In this document: positions 1 through 11,371 of the stretch, piece after piece
Position numbering within the stretch: position 1 is the first letter of the stretch
Layout: every line of letters starts with the position of its first letter
NCBI GenBank assembly: GCA_963805625.1
Contig: CAWDVE010000017.1
Location: forward strand, 320,001-384,000
DNA from: an uncultured Candidatus Rokubacteria bacterium
Lineage (GTDB): Bacteria > Methylomirabilota > Methylomirabilia > Rokubacteriales > DASRDR01
Direction of reading: 5' to 3'
Length of the DNA: 64,000 bases
Position numbers and translations under genes: made by a program
The notes under the pieces: model-generated
Database searches by the model: none
What the model saw: the letters and a program-made list of their open reading frames with translations, nothing else
What the model was told of the DNA's origin: nothing

Positions 1-474
1 CTGGAAGGCCTCTCGGTCGCGATCGTGGGCGACATCGCCCACAGCCGGGTCGCTCGCTCCAACATCGCCGGGATGCGGAAGATGGGGATGAGTGTGACGG
101 TCGCCGGGCCGCCGACCCTGATCCCGCCCGGGGTCGAGGAGCTCGGCGTCAAGGTCGCGCGCCGCCTCGAGGACGCGCTGCGCGACGTCGACGTGATCAT
201 GATGCTGCGCCTCCAGCAGGAGCGCATGGCCACGAACTATATTCCCTCGCTCCGCGAGTACTCGCGTCTGTACGGACTCTCCCTGGAGAAGCTGCGCGGC
301 GCCCGCCACGACGTCCTGATCATGCACCCCGGCCCGGTCAACCGCGGCATCGAGATGGCGCCCGAGGTGGCCGACGGGCCGTACTCGGTGATCCTCGAGC
401 AGGTGGCCAACGGCGTCGCGGTGCGGATGGCGATCCTCTACCTCCTGGTGGGCGCCAAGAGCGGGGAGGCCTGA
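1..474 (+). CDS. pyrB: aspartate carbamoyltransferase catalytic subunit (5'-truncated by window)
   Basis: Frame open from base 1 ([20 protein letters not shown]); RLQQER and MHPGPVNRG motifs; first gene of the pyr cluster. Confidence 0.96.
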   Translation: MEGLSVAIVGDIAHSRVARSNIAGMRKMGMSVTVAGPPTLIPPGVEELGVKVARRLEDALRDVDVIMMLRLQQERMATNYIPSLREYSRLYGLSLEKLRGARHDVLIMHPGPVNRGIEMAPEVADGPYSVILEQVANGVAVRMAILYLLVGAKSGEA

Positions 475-477
475 GCG

Positions 478-1782
478 ATGGACCTTCTGATCCAGAACGG
501 CCGTCTCGTCGATCCCGCGAACGGGCTGGACGCGCCCGGGGATGTGCTGATCCAGGCGGGCCGCGTCGTCCGGGTCGGGCCGCGGCTCGACGCGCCGGCG
601 GGCACCGAGACGCTCGACGCCGGGGGGCGGGTGGTCGCGCCCGGCTTCATCGACATCCACGTCCACCTCCGCGAGCCGGGCCAGGAGTACAAGGAGACGA
701 TCGCCAGCGGCACCCGGGCGGCGGCGGCGGGCGGGTTCGCCGTGGTCGCGTGCATGGCCAACACGCAGCCGGTCAACGACACCCGTGCCGTGACGGACTA
801 CATCCTCGCCGAGGCGCGGGTCCGGGGCGTCGTGCGCGTGTACCCGATCGGCGCGGTGACGCGCGGGCTCGCCGGGCGGGAGCTGGCGGAGCTCGGGGAG
901 CTCGCCGAGGCGGGCTGTGTCGCCTACTCCGACGATGGGCGGCCGGTCATGAACTCGGCCCTCCTCCGCCGGGCACTCGAGTACGCTCAGGCGTTCGGGC
1001 GTCCGATCATCTCGCACGCCGAGGACCTCGCGCTCAGCGAGGGCGGCGTGATGCACGAGGGCTTCGTGTCGACGGATCTCGGGCTGCGGGGGATCCCGGC
1101 GGCGGCCGAGGAGATCATGGTCGCGCGCGACATCGCCCTCGCCGACCTCACGGGGACCCCGGTCCACATCGCCCACGTGTCGACCGCGGCCGCCGTGCGG
1201 CTCCTCCGGGACGCGAAGGCGCGCGGCGTTCCCGTCACCGGCGAGGTGACGCCTCACCATCTGCTCCTCACGGACGAGGCGCTCCGCGCCTACGACCCCA
1301 ACGCGAAGATGGCGCCGCCGCTCCGGTCGAAGCGCGACGTGGAGGCCTGCCGAGAGGCTCTCGCCGACGGTACCCTCGACGCAATCGCGACCGACCACGC
1401 GCCCCACGCGCTCACGGACAAGGAGGTGGAGCTCGACCACGCGGCCAACGGCATCGTGGGGCTCGAGACGGCGGTCGCCCTCTGCCTGACGCATCTGGTT
1501 CGGGAGCGCATCGTGGATCTGCCCACCCTCATCGCGCGGCTGACGGTCGGGCCGGCGCGCGTCCTCGGGCTGCCGGGCGGGAGCCTCGCCCCGGGGGCGC
1601 CCGGTGACGTGACGGTCCTGGATCTGGCGCAGGAGCACGTCATCGAGCCCGCGCGCTTCCGCTCGAAGGCCCGGAACACGCCGTTCGGCGGCCGGGCGTG
1701 CGTCGGCGCCCCGTGGCTGACGGTCGTGGGCGGCCGCGTCGTGATGCGCGCCGGCGTGGTCGCGGGAGAGAGCGGGCCGTGA
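478..1782 (+). CDS. pyrC: dihydroorotase
   Basis: [24 protein letters not shown] motifs; follows pyrB. Confidence 0.96.
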   Translation: MDLLIQNGRLVDPANGLDAPGDVLIQAGRVVRVGPRLDAPAGTETLDAGGRVVAPGFIDIHVHLREPGQEYKETIASGTRAAAAGGFAVVACMANTQPVNDTRAVTDYILAEARVRGVVRVYPIGAVTRGLAGRELAELGELAEAGCVAYSDDGRPVMNSALLRRALEYAQAFGRPIISHAEDLALSEGGVMHEGFVSTDLGLRGIPAAAEEIMVARDIALADLTGTPVHIAHVSTAAAVRLLRDAKARGVPVTGEVTPHHLLLTDEALRAYDPNAKMAPPLRSKRDVEACREALADGTLDAIATDHAPHALTDKEVELDHAANGIVGLETAVALCLTHLVRERIVDLPTLIARLTVGPARVLGLPGGSLAPGAPGDVTVLDLAQEHVIEPARFRSKARNTPFGGRACVGAPWLTVVGGRVVMRAGVVAGESGP

Positions 1783-2915
1783 TGCCGCGGGAGCAGGCGG
1801 TCCTGGCCCTGGCCGACGGCCGGGTCTTCGAGGGCGAGCCGTTCGGTGCCCGCGGGGAGACGGTGGGCGAGGTCGTGTTCAACACCGCGATGAGCGGGTA
1901 CCAGGAGATCCTCACGGACCCCTCGTACAAGGGGCAGATCGTCTGCATGACCTATCCCCACATCGGCAACACGGGCGTGAACGAGGAGGACCCGGAGTCC
2001 CGCCGACCGTGGGCGGAGGGCTTCGTGGTCCGCGAAGCGTCGTCTGTGGCCTCGTCCTGGCGGGCGACGGCGACCCTCGACGCCTACCTCCGGGCGCACG
2101 GGATCGTGGGGATCCAGGGCATCGATACCCGCGCTCTCACGCGGCATCTCCGGGACCACGGGGCGCAGGAGGGCGTGATCGCGACGGGCGACGTCGACCC
2201 GCAGGCGGTCGTCGCCAAGGCCAAGGCCTCGCCCGGGCTCCTCGGGCGGGATCTAGTCAAGGAGGTCACCTGCCAGGCGCCGTACGCGTGGGGCGAGTCC
2301 GTGTGGCGTCTGGGCGAAGGCTACGCGACCCCGCCGCCCGCGCGCTTCCACGTGGTCGCCTACGACTCTGGGATCAAGCGAAACATTCTCCGCCAGCTGA
2401 CCGCGGAGGGCTGCCGGGTCACGGTGGTGCCGGCCTTCGCCTCGGCGGACGAGGTGCTCGCGCTCGCCCCGGACGGGCTCTTCCTCGCCAACGGCCCGGG
2501 CGACCCGGAGGGCGTGCCCTATCTCATCGAGTCCGTGCGACGGCTGGCCGAGCGGCTGCCGACGTTCGGGATCTGCCTCGGCCAGCAGATCCTGGCGCTG
2601 GCGCTCGGGGCGCGCACCTTCAAGCTGCCCTTCGGCCACCACGGCGCGAACCACCCGGTGAAGGACCTCGGCACGGGCCGGGTCGAGATCACCTCGCAGA
2701 ACCACGGCTTCGCCGTGGATCCGGACTCGGGCGCCGCGTCGGGGTTCGAGGTCACCCACGTCAATCTCAACGACGGCACCTGCGAGGGGGTGCGCCACCG
2801 GAGCCTGCCGGTCTTCGCGGTGCAGTACCATCCGGAAGCGGCCCCGGGGCCGCACGATTCGCACTACCTGTTCCGGCGGTTCGTCGAGCTCCTCACGCAG
2901 TCGAGAGGCAGGTGA
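1782..2915 (+). CDS. carA: carbamoyl-phosphate synthase small subunit
   Basis: ATG overlaps pyrC TGA; [31 protein letters not shown] motifs. Confidence 0.96.
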   Translation: MPREQAVLALADGRVFEGEPFGARGETVGEVVFNTAMSGYQEILTDPSYKGQIVCMTYPHIGNTGVNEEDPESRRPWAEGFVVREASSVASSWRATATLDAYLRAHGIVGIQGIDTRALTRHLRDHGAQEGVIATGDVDPQAVVAKAKASPGLLGRDLVKEVTCQAPYAWGESVWRLGEGYATPPPARFHVVAYDSGIKRNILRQLTAEGCRVTVVPAFASADEVLALAPDGLFLANGPGDPEGVPYLIESVRRLAERLPTFGICLGQQILALALGARTFKLPFGHHGANHPVKDLGTGRVEITSQNHGFAVDPDSGAASGFEVTHVNLNDGTCEGVRHRSLPVFAVQYHPEAAPGPHDSHYLFRRFVELLTQSRGR

Positions 2916-2919
2916 GAGG

Positions 2920-3183
2920 ATGCCCCGGTATTTCATCGCCTATCGGAAGACCGAGGAGGCCGGGCAGAAGCCCGAGTGGGCCTCCTTCACGACCGAGTCC
3001 ACCGCGGCGCTCGAGGCGCACGCCATCCGCGAGCGGGTGGACAGGCGGCTCGGTCTGTTCGGCGAGCGGCTGACGGGCGCGGGCGAGGTCCAGTTCCTGG
3101 GCTCGGCGCCGCTCGTCGAGTTCCTCGTGCGCCGAGAGGAGGCGCCCGCCGGCGTCTCTATCGTGTACGGCTTGCTCGAATAG
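2920..3183 (+). CDS. hypothetical protein (87 aa) between carA and carB
   Basis: Fills the carA-carB gap, host-like codon use, stop directly abuts carB ATG (TAGATG). Confidence 0.7.
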   Translation: MPRYFIAYRKTEEAGQKPEWASFTTESTAALEAHAIRERVDRRLGLFGERLTGAGEVQFLGSAPLVEFLVRREEAPAGVSIVYGLLE

Positions 3184-6100
3184 ATGCCGAAGCGCACGGA
3201 CATCCGCAAGATCCTGCTGATCGGCTCGGGGCCGATCGTGATCGGCCAGGCGTGCGAGTTCGACTACTCGGGCACCCAGGCCTGCAAGGCCCTCCGCGAG
3301 GAGGGGTTCGAGGTCGTGCTCGTGAACTCGAACCCGGCCACCATCATGACCGATCCGGAGATGGCGGACCGCACCTACGTCGAGCCCCTCACGCCCGAGG
3401 TGCTCGAGCGCATCATCGCCGTCGAGCGGCCGGATGCGCTCCTCCCGACGCTCGGCGGGCAGACCGGGCTGAACCTCGCCGTCGCGCTCGCTGACCGCGG
3501 CGTCCTCGAGCGGTTCGGCGTGGAGCTGATCGGCGCCAAGATCGAGGCGATCCGGAAGGCCGAGGATCGCGAGCTCTTCAAGGCGGCGATGCAGCGGATC
3601 GGCCTCGAGCTCCCACGCTCGGGCTACGCGCGCTCGATCGAGCAGGCGCGCGAGGTCGTCCGCGACGTGGGTTACCCGGCCATCATCCGGCCGTCGTTCA
3701 CGCTCGGGGGTACGGGGGGCTCCATCGCCTGGAATCCGGACGAGCTGGAGGGAGCGATCCGCTGGGGCCTCCAGCAGAGTCCGGTGGGCCAGGTGCTGGT
3801 CGAAGAGTCCGTCGTCGGGTGGAAGGAATTCGAGCTGGAGGTCATGCGGGACCTCCGGGACAATGTCGTGATCGTCTGCTCGATCGAGAACTTCGACCCG
3901 ATGGGCGTCCATACCGGCGACTCGATCACGGTGGCACCCGTCCAGACGCTGACCGACAAGGAGTACCAGCTGATGCGGGATGCCGCCCTCGCGATCATCC
4001 GCGAGATCGGCGTCGAGACCGGCGGTTCGAACATACAGTTCGCCGTCAACCCCGCGGACGGACGCCTCGTGGTCATCGAGATGAACCCCCGCGTCAGCCG
4101 CTCGTCGGCGCTCGCGTCGAAGGCGACCGGGTTTCCCATCGCGAAGATCGCCGCCAAGCTTGCCGCCGGCTACACGCTCGACGAGCTGCGGAACGACATC
4201 ACCCGCGAGACGCCGGCCTCGTTCGAGCCGACGATCGACTACTGCGTGGTGAAGATCCCGCGCTGGGCCTTCGAGAAGTTTCCCGAGGCCGACCAGACGC
4301 TGACGACCCAGATGAAGTCCGTCGGCGAGGTGATGGCCATCGGCCGCACCTTCAAGGAGGCGCTCCAGAAGGCGGTGCGCTCGCTCGAGCAGGATCGCGC
4401 CGGGCTCGGACTCGACCGGCCAGCCCCGGACGTTGAGATGCTCCGGGACCGGCTGCGGGTCCCGAACCCCGACCGACTCCTCTACGTCGCGGAGGCGATG
4501 CGGCGCGGCCTCGGGCGCGCGGAGATCGCCGGCCTGACGCGGATCGATCCCTGGTTTCTCGGCCAGATGGAGGAGCTGATCGCGTTCGAGGAGGCCTTCC
4601 GGCAGGCTCCCGACCTCTCGCACGAGACGCTGCGCCGGGCGAAGCGTCTGGGCTTCTCCGATCGGCGACTGGGCGAGCTGGCGGGCCGCCCCGAGGCCGA
4701 GGTCCGGCAGGCGCGGGTGGCCCTCGGTATCCGCGTCACCTTCAAGGTGGTGGACACCTGCGCGGCGGAATTCGTGGCGCACACGCCCTACCTCTACTCG
4801 ACCTACGAGGAGGAGGACGAGGCGCCGCCGACCGCGCGCCCGAAGGTGGTGATCCTCGGGTCGGGACCGAACCGGATCGGCCAGGGCATCGAGTTCGACT
4901 ACGCGTGCGTGCACGCGGCCTTCGCGCTCCGCGAGGCGGGCGTCGAGGCGATCATGGTCAACTGCAACCCGGAGACGGTGTCGACCGACTACGACACGTC
5001 CGACCGGCTCTACTTCGAGCCACTGACCCTCGAGGACGTCCTCAACATCGTCGAGAAGGAGCAGCCGCTCGGGGTGATCGTCCAGTTCGGAGGGCAGACG
5101 CCGCTCAAGCTCGCGGTGCCGCTTGAGCGGGCGGGCGTCCTGATCCTGGGGACGTCCCCGGACGCGATCGACCGGGCGGAGGACCGCGAGCGCTTCGCCG
5201 ACCTCCTCCGGAAGGTCGGCCTCCAGCAGCCGCCCAACGGCTCGGCGCGCTCCGCCGACGAGGCGGCCGGGATCGCGGACACGCTGGGGTATCCGGTGCT
5301 GGTGCGCCCGTCCTACGTTCTGGGCGGGCGGGCCATGGAGGTCGTCTACGAGGAGGCGCGGCTTCGCGAATGGATGCGGGAGTCGGCGCACGTCTCGCCC
5401 GATCACCCCATTCTCATCGACAAGTTCCTCGAGGATGCGCTCGAGATCGATGTCGACGCGCTCTGCGACGGCCAGGACGTTCTGATCGGGGGCGTGATGG
5501 AACACATCGAGAAGGCGGGGATCCACTCCGGCGACTCGGCGTGCGCCCTGCCGCCGTACTCGATCGGCGACGACCAGGTGGAGCGGCTCCGGGCCCAGAC
5601 GCGCGCCCTCGCCCTCGAGCTGGGCGTGGTGGGCCTGCTCAACATCCAGTTCGCGATCAAGAGCGACACGATCTACGTGCTCGAGGTCAACCCGCGCGCA
5701 TCGCGCACCGTGCCGTTCGTCTCGAAGGCCATCGGGCTGCCGCTCGCTAAGCTGGCGACCCGGGTGGTGCTCGGTGCCCGGATCGCCGAGCTCGGCGTGC
5801 GCGAGGTGTCCGATCTGCCCTACGTCTCGGTCAAGGAGGCGGTCTTCCCGTTCGTGAAGTTCCCCGGGGTCGACGTGATCCTCGGGCCCGAGATGCGCTC
5901 CACCGGCGAGGTGATGGGGATCGGGCGCGAGTTTGGCACGGCGTATCTGAAGTCGCAGCTCGCTGCGGGGTCGACCCTGCCGCGGGGCGGCAAGGCCTTC
6001 ATCTCCGTGCGGAACCGGGACAAGCGGCCGGTCGTCAACATCGGCCGGAGCCTCGCCGAGATGGGCTTTGCGCTCGTGGCGACGAAGGGCACCGCCAAGC

Positions 6101-6396
6101 TCCTCGAGCGGCACGGTCTCGGCGTCGAGGTCATCCACAAGGTGGCGGAGGGCTGGCGGCCGAACATCGTCGACCTGATGAAACAGGGCGAGATCGGCCT
6201 GGTCATCAACACCCCGGAGGACGGGCGCGCCCGGAAGGATTCGTACCTCATCCGCCGGACCGCGGTCATGCAGAACATCCCGTACTACACGACGATGGAC
6301 GGGGCGCAGGCGGCCCTCGAGGCGATCGAGGCGCAGCGGACCGGCGCGCTCGAGGTGCAGCCGCTCCAGGCGTACTACGAGAGCCTGAAGGCGTGA
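3184..6396 (+). CDS. carB: carbamoyl-phosphate synthase large subunit
   Basis: MPKRTDI...[17 protein letters not shown]; two ATP-grasp repeats; C-terminal MGS domain. Confidence 0.98.
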   Translation: MPKRTDIRKILLIGSGPIVIGQACEFDYSGTQACKALREEGFEVVLVNSNPATIMTDPEMADRTYVEPLTPEVLERIIAVERPDALLPTLGGQTGLNLAVALADRGVLERFGVELIGAKIEAIRKAEDRELFKAAMQRIGLELPRSGYARSIEQAREVVRDVGYPAIIRPSFTLGGTGGSIAWNPDELEGAIRWGLQQSPVGQVLVEESVVGWKEFELEVMRDLRDNVVIVCSIENFDPMGVHTGDSITVAPVQTLTDKEYQLMRDAALAIIREIGVETGGSNIQFAVNPADGRLVVIEMNPRVSRSSALASKATGFPIAKIAAKLAAGYTLDELRNDITRETPASFEPTIDYCVVKIPRWAFEKFPEADQTLTTQMKSVGEVMAIGRTFKEALQKAVRSLEQDRAGLGLDRPAPDVEMLRDRLRVPNPDRLLYVAEAMRRGLGRAEIAGLTRIDPWFLGQMEELIAFEEAFRQAPDLSHETLRRAKRLGFSDRRLGELAGRPEAEVRQARVALGIRVTFKVVDTCAAEFVAHTPYLYSTYEEEDEAPPTARPKVVILGSGPNRIGQGIEFDYACVHAAFALREAGVEAIMVNCNPETVSTDYDTSDRLYFEPLTLEDVLNIVEKEQPLGVIVQFGGQTPLKLAVPLERAGVLILGTSPDAIDRAEDRERFADLLRKVGLQQPPNGSARSADEAAGIADTLGYPVLVRPSYVLGGRAMEVVYEEARLREWMRESAHVSPDHPILIDKFLEDALEIDVDALCDGQDVLIGGVMEHIEKAGIHSGDSACALPPYSIGDDQVERLRAQTRALALELGVVGLLNIQFAIKSDTIYVLEVNPRASRTVPFVSKAIGLPLAKLATRVVLGARIAELGVREVSDLPYVSVKEAVFPFVKFPGVDVILGPEMRSTGEVMGIGREFGTAYLKSQLAAGSTLPRGGKAFISVRNRDKRPVVNIGRSLAEMGFALVATKGTAKLLERHGLGVEVIHKVAEGWRPNIVDLMKQGEIGLVINTPEDGRARKDSYLIRRTAVMQNIPYYTTMDGAQAALEAIEAQRTGALEVQPLQAYYESLKA

Positions 6397-7127
6397 CCGG
6401 AGGCGGGAACGGCACGGGGTCCCTCGCGGCGCGCGACCGCCTGATCGTCGCCCTCGACACCCCGGGCTTGCCCGCCGCCGAGACGCTCGTGGAGCGGCTC
6501 GCGGGTGTCGTCGCGCACTTCAAGGTGGGGAGCGCGCTCTTCACCGCCGCCGGCCCGGCCGCGGTGGAGATGGTCCGGCGGCGGGGGGGGCGCGTCTTCC
6601 TCGACCTCAAGTACCACGACATCCCGGCGACGGTGGCGGGCGCCGTCGAGGCGGCCGCGCGGCTGGGCGTCGGGCTCCTCACCGTGCACGCCTCGGGCGG
6701 CGCCGCGATGCTGCGGGCCGCGGCGGAGGCAGCCCGGGCCGCCGGGCGCGACCGCCCGCGGGTCGTCGCGGTGACCGTCCTCACGAGCCTCGACCGGGCA
6801 GCCCTCCAGCGCGAGCTTGGCGTGCCGGTCGCCGTCTTGGGGCACGCGGTCCAGTTGGCCGTCCTCGCGCGCGAGGCGGGGTGCGATGGCGTGGTGGCCT
6901 CGCCCCGCGAGGCGGCGCGGTTACGGGCGATGCTGGGGCCGGAGGCGCTGATCGTTACCCCGGGCATCCGCCTGGCCGGCGGCAGCCTCGACGATCAGGC
7001 CCGGACCGCCACGCCCGCCGTCGCGGTGCGCGCCGGCGCGGATTACCTGGTGGTGGGCCGGCCGATCACGGGGGCCGCCGATCCGGCCGCCGCGGCCGCC
7101 GCGATCCTCGCCGAGCTGGCCGCGTGA
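6393..7127 (+). CDS. pyrF: orotidine-5'-phosphate decarboxylase
   Basis: [26 protein letters not shown] motifs; GTGA overlap with carB. Confidence 0.95.
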   Translation: MTGGGNGTGSLAARDRLIVALDTPGLPAAETLVERLAGVVAHFKVGSALFTAAGPAAVEMVRRRGGRVFLDLKYHDIPATVAGAVEAAARLGVGLLTVHASGGAAMLRAAAEAARAAGRDRPRVVAVTVLTSLDRAALQRELGVPVAVLGHAVQLAVLAREAGCDGVVASPREAARLRAMLGPEALIVTPGIRLAGGSLDDQARTATPAVAVRAGADYLVVGRPITGAADPAAAAAAILAELAA

Positions 7128-9748
7128 GCGTGCCCGGCCACGCGGCGCTCGTGCGGCGGCTCCACGAGATCGGCGGCGTGCGCTTCGGCGAGTTCGTGCT
7201 GAAGTCCGGGATCACCTCGCCCTTCTACATCGACCTGCGGGTGGTGATCTCGCACCCGGAGGTGCTGGCCGAGGTGGGGCGGCTCATGGCTGCCGAGGTC
7301 GCCCGCTGCCGGGTCGATCGGATCGCGGGCATTCCCTACGCCGGGCTGCCGCTGGCCGTGGCCGCGAGCCTGGCGGGCGGCGTCCCGCTCGTCTATCCCC
7401 GGCGCGAGGAGAAGGCGTACGGCACGCGAAAGCGAATCGAGGGCGCGTTCCACCCGGGCGAGCGCGTCGTGGTGATCGACGACATCGTCACCGACGGCGC
7501 GTCGAAGCTCGAGGCGATCGAGCTGCTCGAGGCCGCGGGGCTCGTGGTGGAGGATCTCGTGGTCTTGATCGACCGCGAGCAGGGCGGGCGCGAGCGGCTC
7601 GCCGCGAAGGGGTACCGGCTCCACGCCGTGCTCACGATCTCCGCCTGCTTCGACGCGCTCGAGTCGGCCGGCCTTGTGGATGCCGCCGTGCTCGGGCGGG
7701 CCCGGGCCTTCGTCCACACCACCCGCCTCGCCTGACGCGCGCGGCCCCTCGGGGCCGATCTCGAAGATCTGGGCGTGCTCGAAGGCCGTGACTCGCGTGA
7801 CGCCCGGGGGCAGGCGCTCGAGCGCCGCCTCGAGCCGGGCGCGGGGTTCTGCGTGGTACTGGCCGAGGTCCACGACCACGTAGCGGACGTAGATCGTCCG
7901 AAGCCGGGCGACCGCGGCCGGGGCAGGGAACGTGTTCAGCGTGCTGACGTCGGCGGCATAGCCGGGCGGGAAGACGCCGGCGTAGCCGTTGACGAGCGGG
8001 CGCCAGTGCGCGGTCGAGGCGAAGAGGCGGAGACTTTCGAGGTGCGCCGCGTGCGGCTCGTACATCGGCAGCACGACCACGGCGTCCGAGCCGGGCTGGG
8101 CGGCCAGCCACCGGTCGGCGGGCCCGTGGTCCGGCGCGACGCTCATGAAGGGGAACGGCACGGTCCAGGTCTCGAGCACGGCGAGGGCCCCGATGGCGCC
8201 CAGCGCCACGGTCCGCAATCCGAGCGGGCGAAGCCGCCGCGCGATGGCCGCGGCGCCGAACCCCGCCAGGACTGCGAGACCCGTGGTGACGAGGATGCCG
8301 AAGCGGCCCGGAACCCGGAGCGCGTCGAAGGCGGGGACGAGCCCGTAGAGCTGCGCGTAGAGTGGCTGGAGGCTCCGCTCCCGGCCGAGCTCGAGCCGCG
8401 GCCCGAAGGAGGCGATCGCGCCCACGGCTGTCAGGCCGACGTAGTATCCCGGGGCGTTCGGCCACCCTAGCCGGCGGAGCCAGTCGAGCCCGCGGATGGG
8501 CCGCGGTCCGCCCTGGACGATTCGCCGCACGGCCAGCGCGATTGCGAGCGCGAGCACGGGCCAGCCGAAGTGCCGCTGCGACAGGCGGACCGGTCCCAGG
8601 TGCACGGAGAACCCGCCGACGAGAAGCCAGTTGGCGGCCGTCACGACGATGGCCACGGTCAGGGCGACGTCGAGCGCGCCCGGCCAACGGCGGCCGCGCG
8701 CCGCGCCCGATCCGGGCGCGCTCTCCGGCGAACGCCAGGCGAGAACGGCGCCCGGGAGCGCGAGGGCCAGCACCACCAGCCCCGGAAACAGGACCGCCTC
8801 CCGGGCCCGGAAGCGTGTCGTGGCGCTCCCGAGCCACCGGTTCTCCGCCGGCACCGCCAGATAGGACGTGGGCTCCGCGACGTAGTGCTCGACCTCCTTC
8901 AGGTCCCGGACCATCCCGATCTCGGCGCGGACGAACCGGTACGGGAGGAACAGGGGCAGCAGGAGGAGAGCGGCGAGGGCGCCGGCCAGGGCTCCGCGGG
9001 CGACCAGGCGGCCGAGGGGCGGCCGGGCGGCTGGCAGCCCGAGCCAGGCGACGAAGACAGCCCCGGCGATCGCGGCGAAGAACGCCTGATAGCCGGAGGA
9101 CAGGGCCTGGAGCGCGAAGGCCCCCGCCGCGAGACCAACGTCCCACCAGCGACCGCGGCTCCCGGCGGCGCGGTGGAGCCCCAGGAGCAGGAGCGGCAGC
9201 CACTGGTGGCTCAGCACCTGGACGTGGCCCAGTTGGCCGAACCGGAAGTGCGAGAAGGCGTAGAGCACCGCCGCCACCGTGGCCGCCCCGGCATGGCCGG
9301 TGAGATGCCGCGCCAGCCAGAACATGGCCAGCCCGGTCAGGGGGAACGTGGCGAGCCAGACGAGGTTGTGGGAGAGGAGCACGCCCGCGCCCGCGAGGCG
9401 CGGTAGCGCGACGAGGGGCACGAGCCCCAGGAGGTGCTCGGTGTAGGCGAGCGTCCAGCGGTGCGGGTGAAACATGTTCGCGTCGAGGAATCGGAGCGGC
9501 GTCGTCGTCAACGCGTGGACGTCCCACGCCAGGATCCACGTCGTCAGGAGCGGGTCTTCGAGATTGACGACGACGGAGCCGAGATGCGCCATGGCCGGCC
9601 ACGTCAGGACGACGGCGAGCGCGGTGAGAAGCAGGAGGACGAGCGCGCTCTGGCTCGCGCTTCGCCCCCGGCGCGGCGCGGCGCGCGTGTCGCCCGGGCG
9701 GGCCGCCGGCGAGACCGCGCCCGGCGCGAGCCCCCGAGTGTCAGCCAC
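7043..9748 (-). CDS. multi-pass membrane protein, GT-C/YfhO-like putative glycosyltransferase; C-terminal part runs antisense over pyrE
   Basis: Many hydrophobic segments; [35 protein letters not shown] motifs typical of this family; plausible protein ends near 7750. Confidence 0.7.
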   Translation of the reverse strand: MADTRGLAPGAVSPAARPGDTRAAPRRGRSASQSALVLLLLTALAVVLTWPAMAHLGSVVVNLEDPLLTTWILAWDVHALTTTPLRFLDANMFHPHRWTLAYTEHLLGLVPLVALPRLAGAGVLLSHNLVWLATFPLTGLAMFWLARHLTGHAGAATVAAVLYAFSHFRFGQLGHVQVLSHQWLPLLLLGLHRAAGSRGRWWDVGLAAGAFALQALSSGYQAFFAAIAGAVFVAWLGLPAARPPLGRLVARGALAGALAALLLLPLFLPYRFVRAEIGMVRDLKEVEHYVAEPTSYLAVPAENRWLGSATTRFRAREAVLFPGLVVLALALPGAVLAWRSPESAPGSGAARGRRWPGALDVALTVAIVVTAANWLLVGGFSVHLGPVRLSQRHFGWPVLALAIALAVRRIVQGGPRPIRGLDWLRRLGWPNAPGYYVGLTAVGAIASFGPRLELGRERSLQPLYAQLYGLVPAFDALRVPGRFGILVTTGLAVLAGFGAAAIARRLRPLGLRTVALGAIGALAVLETWTVPFPFMSVAPDHGPADRWLAAQPGSDAVVVLPMYEPHAAHLESLRLFASTAHWRPLVNGYAGVFPPGYAADVSTLNTFPAPAAVARLRTIYVRYVVVDLGQYHAEPRARLEAALERLPPGVTRVTAFEHAQIFEIGPEGPRASGEAGGVDEGPGPPEHGGIHKAGRLERVEAGGDREHGVEPVPLRGEPLAPALLAVDQDHEILHHEPRGLEQLDRLELRRAVGDDVVDHHDALARVERALDSLSRAVRLLLAPGIDERDAARQARGHGQRQPGVGNARDPIDPAAGDLGSHEPPHLGQHLRVRDHHPQVDVEGRGDPGLQHELAEAHAADLVEPPHERRVAGHAHAASSARIAAAAAAGSAAPVIGRPTTR
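7124..7735 (+). CDS. pyrE: orotate phosphoribosyltransferase
   Basis: [17 protein letters not shown] and PRT motif [13 protein letters not shown]; GTG start overlapping pyrF stop. Confidence 0.93.
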   Translation: MSVPGHAALVRRLHEIGGVRFGEFVLKSGITSPFYIDLRVVISHPEVLAEVGRLMAAEVARCRVDRIAGIPYAGLPLAVAASLAGGVPLVYPRREEKAYGTRKRIEGAFHPGERVVVIDDIVTDGASKLEAIELLEAAGLVVEDLVVLIDREQGGRERLAAKGYRLHAVLTISACFDALESAGLVDAAVLGRARAFVHTTRLA

Positions 9749-10559
9749 GCGCCTGGTACTCGGGGCGCCAGCGGAGGAGGCGCGCCTCCACCTGGTGGAT
9801 GCCGAGCGCCAGGACGATCCCCGTGAGACCGAGGACCAGGAGGGCGACCATCATGTCGGCGGCGTTGAGGTTCCCGAGCGAGGCGATGATGAGGTAGCCG
9901 ATGCCTCCGCCGGACTCCCCGCCGATGAACTCGCCGATCACGACCCCAATGAGCGCGAACGACACGGACGGCGTCAGGGAGGCGAAGGTCCAGGCGAGCG
10001 CCGACGGCACGATCACCGTCCGCATCACCTGACGCTCGGAGGCGCCGAGGAAGCGCGCCGAGTGAATGAGGTCGGGGTCGACCCCGCGCGCTCCCTGGAA
10101 GGTGTTGAAGAAGACGATGAAGAAGACGATCAGCCAGGCAAGCACCACCTTCGCGAGGACGCCGAAGCCGAAGATCATCGTGACGAGGGGCACCAGCGCG
10201 ATCCGGGGCAGCGAGTTGAAGGCCACGATATAGGGGTGCAGCACCGCCGCCAGGCGCGCGTTCCGCCCGAGCACGAGGCCGGCGACGAAGCCGCTTCCCA
10301 CGCCTACCCCGAACCCGAGCAGCGTGGACTCGAGCGTCGAGATCAGGAGTCGCCAGAGCGGCACCCGCACGGCGCCGGAGTTCAGGTGCCAGAACCGGCT
10401 CCAGATCGCCGAGGGCCGGCTGATGAAGAACGGATCGACGAAGTAGACGACGCGCGAGACCGATTTCGCGATGGCGGGATGCGTCAACCCCTCCCACAGG
10501 CCGAGCAGCAAGACGAGAATCAGGAGCCGCCAGGCGTTCACGCGGGCGCGGTCGCTCAT
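9741..10559 (-). CDS. NitT/TauT-family ABC transporter permease
   Basis: NSLPRIALVPL, EAA-like ARFLGAS, ALIGVVIGEFIGG...GIGYLI. Confidence 0.9.
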   Translation of the reverse strand: MSDRARVNAWRLLILVLLLGLWEGLTHPAIAKSVSRVVYFVDPFFISRPSAIWSRFWHLNSGAVRVPLWRLLISTLESTLLGFGVGVGSGFVAGLVLGRNARLAAVLHPYIVAFNSLPRIALVPLVTMIFGFGVLAKVVLAWLIVFFIVFFNTFQGARGVDPDLIHSARFLGASERQVMRTVIVPSALAWTFASLTPSVSFALIGVVIGEFIGGESGGGIGYLIIASLGNLNAADMMVALLVLGLTGIVLALGIHQVEARLLRWRPEYQARG

Positions 10560-11371
10560 GAGGCCCTTCGGGGCTCCTCGAGCGCCTCCGCCTGCGCGAA
10601 CTCCTCGCCGAGCACGTGCCAGAGGGCGCTGAACTCGCGGGCGTACTCGTCGGTCTCGCGGACGCGAATGACGTCACGCGGGCGCGGAAGCTTGACCTCG
10701 TGAACGTGCTTGATGCGGCCGGGCCGCCTCGTCAGGACGATGACGCGGTCGGCGAGGGTGATGGCCTCCGCCAGATCGTGCGTCACGAAGACGATGGTCT
10801 GCCGCTTCCCGGTCCAGAGCGCCAGGAGCTGCGCCTGGAGGCGGAGCTTGGTGTGAGTGTCGAGGGCGCCGAACGGCTCGTCCATCAGGAGGATATCCGG
10901 TTCGACCACGAGCGTGCGGATCAGCGCCACGCGCTGGCGCATCCCGCCGGACAGGGTCGCCGGGAATGCGTCCTCGAACCCCTCGAGCCCCGCCAGCCGG
11001 ATGGCCTCCCGGACCCGTCGCTCGCGCTCGGCTCGGGGGAGACCCCGGTACGCGAGGCCGAGCTCGACGTTCTGGGCGACGGTGCGCCAGGGGAAGACCG
11101 TGTCTTTCTGGAAGACGTACCCCACCTCTCGCGGGACTCCCGTGAGCGGTCGCCCGTCCAGCCGGATGGCGCCAGCAGTCGGGGCGACGAGACCCGCGAT
11201 CATGTTGAGCACCGTGGACTTGCCGCAGCCGGACGGGCCCACGAGTGCCACGAACTCCTTGTCCTGGACCTCGAACGACACGCCGGCGACGGCGTCGGTG
11301 GCGCGGCCACCGGCCGTGAACGTTTTCGCGAGGTCGCGGATCTCGATCCGGACGCGCGGGGGCGCGGTCAG
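10556..11371 (-). CDS. NitT/TauT-family ABC transporter ATP-binding protein (probable CTG start)
   Basis: GPSGCGKS, LSGGMRQR, LLMDEPF, VTHD; conserved N-terminal strand IEIRDLAKTF lies upstream of the GTG at 11281. Confidence 0.9.
   Translation of the reverse strand: MTAPPRVRIEIRDLAKTFTAGGRATDAVAGVSFEVQDKEFVALVGPSGCGKSTVLNMIAGLVAPTAGAIRLDGRPLTGVPREVGYVFQKDTVFPWRTVAQNVELGLAYRGLPRAERERRVREAIRLAGLEGFEDAFPATLSGGMRQRVALIRTLVVEPDILLMDEPFGALDTHTKLRLQAQLLALWTGKRQTIVFVTHDLAEAITLADRVIVLTRRPGRIKHVHEVKLPRPRDVIRVRETDEYAREFSALWHVLGEEFAQAEALEEPRRAS

Noticed and set aside
2893-6138. 1081-aa antisense ORF over carB, and similar long antisense/alternate-frame ORFs over ffh, lon, dnaK, pilB, pilC and pilR
   Set aside because: Codon-aligned shadows expected in high-GC genes; no motifs; Arg/Pro/Gly-rich
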